From positions 141,119,517-141,143,296 of the forward strand of contig JANKJI020000004.1 in NCBI GenBank assembly GCA_024626585.2: a stretch of 23,780 nucleotides of DNA, given 5' to 3'. Positions 10,461 through 21,684 of this stretch are shown piece by piece. The notes beneath the pieces are model-generated. The model saw nothing but the letters and a program-made list of their open reading frames with translations. It was not told the origin of the DNA and searched no databases. How positions within the stretch are numbered: the stretch's first letter is position 1; each line of letters starts with the position of its first letter. Origin of the DNA: Ginkgo biloba (taxonomy: Eukaryota > Plantae > Ginkgophyta). Made by a program: the position numbers and the translations under genes.

Positions 10461-11879
10461 AAGTTTGAACTTATGTGAGATTTCGCTGGATTGGAATAAT
10501 TCTGAAGCACTATGATAAAGCGTCCCTTGAGTTGCCTAAAATGTTAGCAAAGTATTATTTATGCCCCAGGCATTGTTTTTGGCCTTTGCCTCTAAGCAGT
10601 ATGCATACATGTGTATCTTCTCTTTAGTACCTTATGTGCAAAGACGATAATGCTGTGTATGAACAGAAAACTTTGTGATACTCAGGTATATCAATGTTCA
10701 TGGTTCATATAAACCGAAAGCTTTATGATATTCAGGTTGAGCTCATATCTTGGATTTATGGTCTGAATATTATGCAACGTTTTCTTGTGAATTGGTATGC
10801 TTTTGAAGCACACCAATCAAGCATCCCTTGGGACATTGTTGACAAAAATGTCAGCCATGGAATTTGGGCTCAGCGGGCATTGGTTTTCTTCCTTACCTAT
10901 GAACTGAATGCCCTCATTCATAACTTCTCTGTAGCACATTGTATTCACCAATGGAAAAATTGCTATCAATGTGCCATGAAACAAGAAAAATATATTTGTA
11001 GTAATGTTTGAGACTTGGCAATGGAACAGTCCACTTAATGAATAAAATGTTGATAATCAAGAATGTGGATTAGTTTTTAACAGGTACTTGGAATCGCTGG
11101 ACTTTGAAGACGTATGCAGTATGAGTAAATTTATATTGTAAAGATGAAATTTTGCCGGCATAATTAATGCATTCAAACTTTTGTATGGAGGTGATTCTTA
11201 GATGCATACAAAGCAAATTTGTCACATAATGAAACTCTATCTATGACTTTGGCTGGGCTTCACAGGATCTTTATTATGGAAAAATGATATTTTCTGTGAA
11301 ATAAGAATTTTATGTTTTCTTTAATATCTGTTAAAGTGTCTTCCATGCTATGTATGCATTCATATTCAGAAGGCTGATGCTGCTTTTTTTCATTTCTACA
11401 GTATATGCCTTTCTACCCACTGTTTGGGACCTTCCACTACATTCTTGTCCTACTGTTATGCTATTCGCTTCACATTTTAAAGTGGGTTCAATTTTTTCAA
11501 TTGTGTTACATGGCTTGGGTAGGTGAAACAATGAACCAAGTCTGTATTATGTTAAATTTGAACAAATCAGGGTAATCTGAATTCTGCTTGTAGATTGTTT
11601 GCAACGATATGTATTGAATGGGTTAAATGTCATTTAAAAACAAGATGCCTCGGGGACTGTAATTTCCAACTTAGAAATGTTCTGCACACTTCATTTTAAT
11701 TTGTATGTTTCCTTTGTGATTAACTGCCTACTTGGTTAGCGAACATTAATTCATTCACTGCCTACTTCATTAGTGTAATTACAAAATGCCTACTACAATT
11801 GACTAATTAGGGACTTTTATTTTATTTTAGTTGTTTATGCATTATTTAATCCAATATATCTTGCTAAGTATCCTGTCAG

Positions 11880-11919
11880 GTTGTAGACATGAAATTTGCC
11901 ACAAGCCATAGCAGGGAAG
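11880..11919 (+). other. Putative 40-nt non-coding exon in the CCX 3' UTR
   Basis: Branch-like gCTAAg, then acceptor tatcctgtcAG| (11878-11879) and consensus donor AAG|GTAAGA at 11920; flanked by U-rich intron-like sequence. Confidence 0.5.
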
Positions 11920-12114
11920 GTAAGAAACTTATATTTCTGCCTTTATGGTTGTTCTTACTGTTTTAATGTGGATTACTTGTCAAGAAAGGAGATTTAGTTG
12001 CTATTACCTGTTTCATGACATAATTATGCTCTGAATTCATGTTCGTGTCTTTGTGGCTGATTGATTTGTCCTGTCAAACTCTAGAGTGCGCTATGTTAGA
12101 TTTTCTGATTTTAG

Positions 12115-12540
12115 ATTCGACAGCAATCACTCTTTGAATTTTTTTATTTGAGCTGGTCAGACTCAATGCCCAAATGCACACACCAAGCTTCTTAGGCCCC
12201 CATGATATAGCGTGGCTTGGAGGATACGCATCAGCCATTGACCGAGGTCCATGGTCCAAATGACTTGGGAGATTCTCCAAAGACTCTAGTGATATTTCCA
12301 CTCAGCTTGATGATCAACAAAGGTAGTGTGTGTCTCTTAGTTCTACGGGCCTATGCCAGCTCCCCAGGCCTAGTGTGGCACTCTACTTGCTGATTTAAAG
12401 GCTTTGCCTACTTTCTAGTGGTTAGGACAATCTAAAACAACTCTGGCTTAAATTTGACTTGCAACAGTGAAATTTGGGTATTTTGGGTTGCTTTTTCAAT
12501 GATGTAAATTACAATATATTCACTATTTACATTCATTTCA
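12115..12540 (+). other. Putative terminal 3'-UTR exon of CCX
   Basis: Acceptor ttttctgattttAG| at 12113-12114. The sequence is more GC-rich and exon-like with no long ORF, and ends in a U/A-rich 3'-end-like tract at ~12480-12540. An internal alternative donor AAG|GTAGTG is at 12323. Confidence 0.35.
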
Positions 12541-14439
12541 AGCTCCTTGAGTCTTCGACCGTGATTAATGCAGTAATTTAGTTTTAGACTAGTTCATTGC
12601 CGAGGCAAATGATTACAATCACAACTTTTATGAATTGAGTATTGATAGATGATGTTTTAGATATTAACCATATGCATTGGTCACTTGTGGTTCTGCTCTC
12701 TTTACTCTAGCGATGGGTGGATTTGTCAATGTCTTTCTATCGCAGTTCTATTTTGTGCATATAGGTTCTCGAAGATGGCTTTCTATGCGGTTCCAAAATA
12801 TTGGATGGCCCATCATCCTCTTGATCTTGTTGCTAATGCTTATCGCAAAATCTATGAAGCCTAAATATCCCTTTCTTTCAAATTGTTTCTAAATTATTCT
12901 TCTGTTCTTGGCATCCTCTTTGGCATAGATGTTTGCACGAACCCTTCCTCCATATTCTTACTTGAAACCATGCAGGGGTGACAAATTCACGTGCGTAACA
13001 TAATTTTAATCAAGCCAAGAGATCTCAAGAATTTTGAATTTTAAAAGAATTTAAACGCCATATTTCATAGATGGTTGATTTAATGCAAAAAATTACTCTC
13101 AACAATGTCACTACATAGCTGTTAAATTCAATAAATTACCCTCAATTGCCATAATGATGATATGCATTGCTTGTTACATACTTATTAACTTTATTTACAT
13201 TCATACTTATAAAAGACACTAAACTACCTCATTAATATCTCCGGCCCCCATTAATTGCTATATTATGCATGATCTCCATTTTTATTAACCACATTTTTAA
13301 AACTATTTTATCAATAACATTAATGAGGGGGTGGTCAGATGAGCATTCCTTATAGATGTGTGATTTTTAAAGCCATCGNNNNNNNNNNNNNNNNNNNNNN
13401 NNNNNNNNNNNNNNNNNNNNNNNNNNNNNNNNNNNNNNNNNNNNNNNNNNNNNNNNNNNNNNNNNNNNNNNNNNNNNNNNNNNNNNNNNNNNNNNNNNNN
13501 NNNNNNNNNNNNNNNNNNNNNNNNNNNNNNNNNNNNCTTATTATAGATTAACACCTATAGTTTTTATTTGATCAAAGAGAATAGGAAAAAACATAGATTT
13601 ATTATTTACAAACTAGATGATTTATATGGTTTAGTGTTAATGCATAATTTATTCTATGATACAAAAAATACATTATTATATTTCTCATATTGAGGGCCAA
13701 TAACTTCATACATGTGTTATAATTTGATTATTCGTTACATTGTATATTGAATACAAATTATACAATGCATATAAATAATTATTTGATTTTATTTTATATA
13801 CAATCGTGCATTGTATAAAAGAGGGTTAATAAGGGTATAAAATAATGGATTAAAAAATAGGGTTAAGACCTTGCATAGAGGTATTATTTACTAGGTTTAT
13901 TACATAAGTGTTTTGGGAGTTTATAACTAAGTGAATCCCTAGGGGAAAAAGTAGTCCTTATATAAAAGAAAGAAAAATCTTATTTTCCATTATTTTCTCT
14001 CTTAGAGATTCAACCTTTCCTCCATTCATGGAATGATCTCAATTTCCAACTTCCTCCTCCTTATGACAGAGTACAACTTTTTCCTTATGAAAGATAATTT
14101 GTATTTTTTCTTTTTAATATTTCTTATTTATCTTCAAATATTCTTAAGAGCATCCTTCTTTACTTATGTAGTAAAAAGTGGTTTTCATCATAGAAGATAA
14201 TAAGAGACTTTTTTAGGTATTATAGTAATATTATTTATATTGACTTAATAATCTTCATTAATAATCTTATTCCTAAAATATAAAGATAATTCTAATCCCC
14301 ATTGATGGGAATTTGGGCAATAACAATTTTAACTAGATTTTAAGAGCTATATGTAACCATTATTGCATGAAAATATGTATCTTAATTTACATATACAATA
14401 AATACTAGTATTATGCATTTCTATTAAACTCCTTCAATG

Positions 14440-15600
14440 ACTTAACTTTGCTGAGGATTTAGTGTAAAAAGTATAGAGGGGACTCATTGGAAGGTTTTAT
14501 GGACTGAAAGGAGCAACCCTCTACAATATCCATATTTGGTTACAAGAGTTTTGGAAACGAATAATAAAGGGAGAAATTGAGATCACTCTGTTAACAAAAG
14601 GGTTTTTGTTATTTGTATGTCCTACTAAGCAAGATTGTCTAAAGATATTAGGGCCTTGGTTCTACAAAAAAGCAAGATTGACTTTGCAAAGGTGGATGCC
14701 NNNNNNNNNNNNNNNNNNNNNNNNNNNNNNNNNNNNNNNNNNNNNNNNNNNNNNNNNNNNNNNNNNNNNNNNNNNNNNNNNNNNNNNNNATGGGAAATAT
14801 GTTGGGGAAGAATTATTTTTTTTGTAATACTAGGGTGAAGAAAATCAACTTTCAATTGAAAAAAAAAAGTTATTTATCCTATGAATCAAGTCAAAGATCA
14901 CAGGTTACATTTTTCTACTAATGCATATGATTTGTAATCATAGGAGATTTTAGCAATGGATAAATATCACAAGCCTTTTCAATTGAATAATTCATTTCTC
15001 CACAAAGAAGGCACATTATAAATTATAAAATCCTATTGGATGAACAATACTTCATCATTTTTTAATTCTCCATTTCCTATTGATAAGTGGGCTCGATTAA
15101 TTAGGGGATCAATTGCAAAATAAAAGATATGGGCACATAGGAAGTGGAGATACTATCAAAAGTGAACTCCATCTCTTATGGATAAGTGAATTTGATTAAT
15201 TAAGTGATGGACAAAGGGGAAGCATAAACAATATCAAAAGCGAAAATATAGTGGAGCAAACTATAAAGGATAACTAACACAAGGTGGTTGTTGACCTTTT
15301 TGATATAGGGGAAAAATTTAACTAGAGCTCACTCAAAGAGTTTAATGGATATAAATAGGAAAAAGTTTGATGAACTAAGAGTCATAGGTAAACACAAAGG
15401 ATGACGAATGGAAATAAGAATTTATAGTTTTTAGTACCATCATGTATAATCGAATGTTAGAGATTGAAAAATCAGATGGAACTATTGCCATGGGTAAAAA
15501 AGGAATCAAAGAAAAGGCATATAAATATCTAGAAAACATATTTTTTTAAAAAGACAATGGCAATTCACAAGTAGTTGATGCACAAATGAGAAAAAGAGTG
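14440..15600 (+). mobile_element. Degenerate L1 LINE: ORF1 (DUF4283-like) plus endonuclease/linker fragments of ORF2
   Basis: GLIGRFYGL...IHIWLQEFWKRIIKGEIEITLLTKGFLLFVCPTKQDCLKILGPWFYKKARLTLQRW matches plant L1 ORF1 (GPW..L.L.RW). IIGDFS at ~14938 (cf. GDFN), W..NGNKNL*FF at ~15400 (cf. WLxEGDxNTxFF) and NRMLEIEKSDG...IKEKAYKY (cf. NRIxxIxxxDG...I...A..Y). Confidence 0.75.
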
Positions 15601-15856
15601 AGATGAATGAATTTCTATGTATTACTCATACACTGCCAAATAACTCTACATAGTCTTTTAGGGGGTGTTGTTGTTAGGTGTATGTGTGTGCAAACTACAA
15701 GCTATAGTGTCTACAAGCTGTTAATAATAAGGCAAATGCGCTTATGATGTATGCCTNNNNNNNNNNNNNNNNNNNNNNNNNNNNNNNNNNNNNNNNNNNN
15801 NNNNNNNNNNNNNNNNNNNNNNNNNNNNNNNNNNNNNNNNNNNNNNNNNNNNNNNN

Positions 15857-16149
15857 CTTGAGTAAGTAGCCCTATGATTTGATTGATCAAATTTTCATCT
15901 ACTGGGACGACTTTATCTTGGAACCAAAATGCGCCATTCTCAAAGCAACAGAGCATCTCAACTATAATGGGATAGGGCAAGTATAGGACTGGAGCTTCCG
16001 CATAGTGCACTATCCCTGACTGTAATAAACACATATTTCTAGCAGAGTTTCCCCTCACCATTTTCTATGGTGAATTGTTCCCATTCTTGAGCATAATGAT
16101 CTAGATGGTCCTCGTCTACTTCAGTTGCCCAAAAAGGTCGCACTGCCAT
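15857..16149 (-). pseudogene. Frameshifted retroelement accessory-type ORF (5' part)
   Basis: ATG at 16149 (gctATGGC) gives MAVRPFWATEVDEDHLDHYAQEWEQFTIE; one frameshift leads into MVRG...FWFQDKVVPVDENLINQIIGLLTQ, which runs into the gap. The V.V/ID..LI..I.GL pattern resembles extra ORFs of plant LTR elements. A minus-strand CTATAAATA lies at 16244-16252. Confidence 0.4.
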
Positions 16150-16490
16150 AGCTTGAAATGAGAAGTAATTCACAAAAGCCAAGTTTTTGGAGCCAGGGTT
16201 TCTTCTAGGCACAAATGCACTTCTACCACCTACTCGAGGAGGTTATTTATAGAGTGTGAATTCTTGGCACAAAGAATCCATAGACCTCCAAGGCACACAT
16301 AGGCTCTAGCAATGCTGTAGCTTGTTTCTTGAAAGGTGTCTAAGATTTGAATGGACATGGGTGTCTGAGGGTGGGAGTGAAATATTTAAAGGCATGAAAG
16401 ACTCCTCATTCTTCAAAAGTAATGAAAATGAATTCCTTCCATGTGTTAGGGCTTGGTTAGTTGGTGGTTGCCATGTCATTATTGTGATGA

Positions 16491-16671
16491 GACACCATGC
16501 ATGTTTCATAGAAATTCTCAATAAGCGTCATTAATGTCTATTGCAAGATGCCTTTCACCCATTTTCCTGGTTCTTAATACATGACACCATGCATGTTTCA
16601 TGGAAATTCTCAAGACATGTCATTAATGTCTACCACAAGTTGCATTTTTCCCATTTTCCTAGTTCTTAATA
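16491..16671. repeat. Two-copy tandem duplication, 92-bp period
   Basis: gacaccatgcatgtttcat(a/g)gaaattctcaa...gtcattaatgtcta...cccattttcct(g/a)gttcttaata starts at 16491 and again at 16583. Confidence 0.9.
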
Positions 16672-18539
16672 GGTTCCCTTGATGATTTAGGGAGGAGAAA
16701 AGTCTCCAGTGAAAAGAGTGCACCTCCCTGAGAGCTTGTCATTTCCTGGTATCCATAGGGTTCCCTAACTAGATCAGGGAGAAGATGAGATGACTAGGGA
16801 GTGGGAGCGACACATTTAGGATATGACCCTCCAAGATTGCGAATAATAGTTTATTCTCTAGATTACCTCTTGGTTGAAATAAAGTTTTTTAAGATGGGAT
16901 GGGACCCCACATTCCATTTTATTAAGGCATTCACTGGTTGAGAAAGGACCTTATCACTAATGACCCTTTCCTTGAAACAAAGGAGGAATAAGGTATCCTC
17001 AACCCTTTCTTATTGCTTCTCTCCTATCGGTGCCAAGGAGAGAGTCAACTTAAGGGAGAAAGGTGCTCCTTGGCTGAGTAAGAATCAAAGAAGCCCTGGT
17101 TACTAGATTGCTCCCTAGATGAGTTAGGGAGTGAGANNNNNNNNNNNNNNNNNNNNNNNNNNNNNNNNNNNNNNNNNNNNNNNNNNNNNNNNNNNNNNNN
17201 NNNNNNNNNNNNNNNNNNNNNNNNNNNNNNNNNNNNNNNNNNNNNNNNNNNNNNNNNNNNNNNNNNNNNNNNNNNNNNNNNNNNNNNNNNNNNNNNNNNN
17301 NNNNNNNNNNNNNNNNNNNNNNNNNNNNNNNNNNNNNNNNNNNNNNNNNNNNNNNNNNNNNNNNNNNNNNNNNNNNNNNNNNNNNNNNNNNNNNNNNNNN
17401 NNNNNNNNNNNNNNNNNNNNNNNNNNNNNNNNNNNNNNNNNNNNNNNNNNNNNNNNNNNNNNNNNNNNNNNNNNNNNNNNNNNNNNNNNNNNNNNNNNNN
17501 NNNNNNNNNNNNNNNNNNNNNNNNNNNNNNNNNNNNNNNNNNNNNNNNNNNNNNNNNNNNNNNNNNNNNNNNNNNNNNNNNNNNNNNNNNNNNNNNNNNN
17601 NNNNNNNNNNNNNNNNNNNNNNNNNNNNNNNNNNNNNNNNNNNNNNNNNNNNNNNNNNNNNNNNNNNNNNNNNNNNNNNNNNNNNNNNNNNNNNNNNNNN
17701 NNNNNNNNNNNNNNNNNNNNNNNNNNNNNNNNNNNNNNNNNNNNNNNNNNNNNNNNNNNNNNNNNNNNNNNNNNNNNNNNNNNNNNNNNNNNNNNNNNNN
17801 NNNNNNNNNNNNNNNNNNNNNNNNNNNNNNNNNNNNNNNNNNNNNNNNNNNNNNNNNNNNNNNNNNNNNNNNNNNNNNNNNNNNNNNNNNNNNNNNNNNN
17901 NNNNNNNNNNNNNNNNNNNNNNNNNNNNNNNNNNNNNNNNNNNNNNNNNNNNNNNNNNNNNNNNNNNNNNNNNNNNNNNNNNNNNNNNNNNNNNNNNNNN
18001 NNNNNNNNNNNNNNNNNNNNNNNNNNNNNNNNNNNNNNNNNNNNNTTGCCAACTTATATGGCCTTGATTCTAGGATGTCTTCATTCTTTATGACTTGGAG
18101 TTTCCTTTATGGTATGACCATCACCTCATGCTTATATCAAGTCCATGGACTAAGATAAATATTTGTGGCACCCAAATAGAGTTTCTTCAAAAATCTCCAT
18201 TCTTGATGTAATTTTTATAACCTATTTCCCATGAATAATAGACATAATGCATGTTTTATTTCTTGCCAATTTCCAAGTGTTTATGTGGAATAAAAAATCT
18301 TATTTTTTTATAAGTGATATAACTTGCTAAGAAGAGGTGTCAATAAGTGGCCTCCTTGGTTTGATTCACCCCCAATGGGTTGTGAAAAATTAGGATAATT
18401 GATTTATTATGACTATGCGAGAATAATNNNNNNNNNNNNNNNNNNNNNNNNNNNNNNNNNNNNNNATTTATAATATTTACATAGTTGATCGGAGTAACGA
18501 ATTGAAGTGTAAAATTTTTTAATTTACTACCTATTCACT

Positions 18540-19767
18540 ATGATGAGTATAATATCACCTTGAGTGTATTCAATCTAAAAGAATTATCCTTGATAACCTT
18601 TGCGACTTCAAATGGTCCAAGCCATAAGGAATCAAACTTCTTATGTGCCCCTAGTTTCTCCCTCTCTTTGTCCCACAACATGACCTTGTCACCAATTTTG
18701 AAGTCTCTGTCTAATGCTTCTTTTTTGTCAAAGTACTGTTAAATCATTCTTTATTCTTCGTGAGCCTTTGTTGAGATTCTTCCCTTTTTTCTTCGAGATC
18801 GAGGACACTTTAAAATATTTTTTCGATAGGGGACTAGTTCTATGTATCAAACTCTACCAGTTGATGGGTAGCTAAGGAAAGACTTGAGGGAAGGATTGCT
18901 TCTTTACCATATACAAGTAGGATTTGAGAGTATCCAATTGCTACTTTAGGAGTAATCCAATCTGTCCATAGAGATTGATGAAGTTTGACATGCCAATCCT
19001 TTTGATTTTTCCTAATAGTCTTCTTTAAGATTTTTATCAAGTTTTTATTTGTTGATTCTGCCAAAACATTTCCTTGTAGATAATAATTAGAGGAGGGTGA
19101 TAGTAGAATCTTGTATCTCTTGGAAAAATCAATCATATCATTGGATGTGAATGTAGGGCCATTATTAGATATCAGGGTGGCTAGTACTCTGAACCAGGGA
19201 ATGATGGGCTACTCTAGGAATTCTATCACTACCCTTGACATTACCTGTTTAGAAGGAATGGATTTCAACCATCAGGTAAAATAGTCAATGGCAATGAGAA
19301 TAAATGTTTTCCCCTTTTTTTAATTAGTATTGATAGGTCCAATTAATTCCAACCTCTATTATTCAAATGGTCAATCAGCATGAATGGGTTGTAGGGACAT
19401 TGTTGACAGTTCTTCTTCCCCATAAATGTTTGGCATTTGATATCAATTCTAAGATTCTAAAAGGAATCCTTAAAAATAGTTAGCCAAGAGAATCCTACAT
19501 ATATTATTATATTAGTAGTGGTATCCACAAAAAATTATTCTCCACACACACCTACATGAAATTATTCAAGAGCTTCGGTTGACTCCTTAATACTAATGCA
19601 TCGGAGGAGAGAACCATCATATCCATTTCTATACAACTTTCCCTACAACATGAAGCATGGAATGGATTTGAATTTTAGAGACCTTTTTTCATTCTTATTA
19701 AGGTTATCCAAGTAGACTCCATCAATTAGATAATACCTCATATCTTTTAGGAAAGGGTCATAGTTTG
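18540..19767 (-). mobile_element. Degenerate Ty3/gypsy (Tat/Ogre-like non-chromovirus) integrase
   Basis: Minus strand reads DGSLLRCI, HVGVCG (zinc-finger region), LQPIHAD*PF, FILIAIDYFT*W, LISNNGPTFTS (catalytic D changed to N), SSNYYLQGNVLAESTNKNLIKILKK...QKDWH..L..SLW..ITPK...LLVYGKEAILP and KFDSLWLGPFEV (GPY/F domain, ~18600-18640). Confidence 0.9.
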
Positions 19768-20654
19768 NNNNNNNNNNNNNNNNNNNNNNNNNNNNNNNNN
19801 NNNNNNNNNNNNNNNNNNNNNNNNNNNNNNNNNNNNNNNNNNNNNNNNNNNNNNNNNNNNNNNNNNNGCACCTGCTCTCAAAAATATAATGCCAAATCTA
19901 AGAACCCAAAAGAATATGAATATCTTTAAAATCCATGTGAAATACACATTATACACCATATTAATTAATTGTGGGATTTATCAAAGTTACATCAAGATTA
20001 TGTAATACCCACAAACATCTTTCATATAAACATTTTTGAAGTGTGAAGTGTGTGAATTATGTCATTCAAGCCCTAAATTTTATAATAGTTCCTCTATATT
20101 TGTAATATTTATAAGTGCTTTCTCAGGCATTTCCTATTTTATACTATCTAATGATTATAGGTTTAATCAAGGAGATATTTTGCATCTAGGATGAAAGAGA
20201 AACAAATAGCTCTTGGTGGCTCTTGATCACTCCTTGTGCTATCAGAAGGGATCAATATGATCCATGATGATGTTTGATAAACGTGGTACCCAACCACTCT
20301 TACATCCTAGATAAGAAGGCATTCCCTTAGTCAATAAGGGAGGAAGAAGTTTCCAAGAAGGTAAGGATTTAAGGGGGGATGTGATATCTATAGATCTAAA
20401 AGCATCATATAATGAAACATAATGAGGGAGGAGTAAGTCACTCTTGATCCTAGGTGAAAAGGACAATCTTTTTGTGTTAAGGGAGAAAAAAGTATCTAGG
20501 AGGAAGCTTCTTCTTATCCTGGGAAGGAAGCACTCCCTTACTCATTAAATAAGGTGAAAATTGATCACAGGGCCCATAATGTTGCCAATAAAAATTTATA
20601 ATGCATTCTCCACATAAAGATAAATGTTTAGGGAGACTTCTCCTGATGGATTTA

Positions 20655-21045
20655 TGTGGTCCTTTTGTGATCAAGAAAGTCTAAAGGGACCCAAGAGAGT
20701 GCATATCCCTTGAGGGGACCACAACACCACTAATAAAAAATTAAAGCACATACAATAAGGGGAAATAAGGATGGCTTCTAGAAGCCTTTCATAGTCATAG
20801 TGGGATCAAGGAAAGTCAAAGGACCTAGGAGAATATACATCTCTTGAGGGTTTCATGACACTATTAAAATATATTTAAAGCACATACACCAAAGGGTGAA
20901 ATAGAATCACTCATGGTGGTTTTGCACATTCCTAGTGTGATCAAGAAGAGACAAAGACTTAATAAGGTGGCTCTTGGTAGTTGTTCGTAGTCCTAGTGCG
21001 ACCAGGAAGGTGTAGGCAACCCAAGAGTGTGCATAAGTGATAATG
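20655..21045. repeat. Degenerate tandem repeat, 135-bp period (two full copies plus partial copies)
   Basis: Anchor gatcaag at 20669, 20804 and 20939 (spacing 135 and 135), with shared cttgaggg and taaagcacatac blocks in copies 1 and 2; a further partial unit tcctagtgcgaccagg at 20991. Confidence 0.75.
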
Positions 21046-21684
21046 GAACCCACAAGATGGACCAAAAATAAATCTAGAAATATGAAGGTAACATTTGAAC
21101 CAAGAGAGCTAAGGATGTTGAATTTTAGCTAGGCCATATGATCTTGGGAGAACAAAAGAAGTAAAAGGAAAATAGGGAGCTTCTTCATAAGCTACGAATA
21201 AGAAGTGATTCTATAAGTTGAGGACTCTTGAACTTGAGCCAGGAGTAGTGGGACCATCAAGGAGCCTTCACACCATTTAGAAGATCAATCCACTAGGGAG
21301 GTGATGCATAGGGACAAAGAATTTAAAATCTTGGACCATTGAACCACTCAACCAAGAATCTCCAAAATCTTGGAAGGATCATCGAAGCCACACTGTGACC
21401 ATGAAGTAATGATCCAATATTAGGGAAGCACCTCCTGGATTTAGAAAAACTATCGTATCAAGAAACCATCCTATGATCCAATAGCAATGAATAATCACAC
21501 AAGAAAAGGGAATCAAGATTAAGGCTTTGTAAGGTACATCATTAAGGTCTTGACCAAGATTAAGGGAATAAATTATTTAAAATGNNNNNNNNNNNNNNNN
21601 NNNNNNNNNNNNNNNNNNNNNNNNNNNNNNNNNNNNNNNNNNNNNNNNNNNNNNNNNNNNNNNNNNNNNNNNNNNNNNNNNNNN

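Noticed and set aside
10694-12892. Short ORFs (105, 66, 75 and 71 aa) downstream of CCX as a second gene
   Set aside because: No recognisable domains, and joining the predicted small exons gives only very short peptides (e.g. MKFATSHSREDSTAITL*).
16491-21045. Tandem repeats as a CRISPR-like array
   Set aside because: Eukaryotic context, 92- and 135-bp contiguous degenerate units, no unique spacers and no cas genes.
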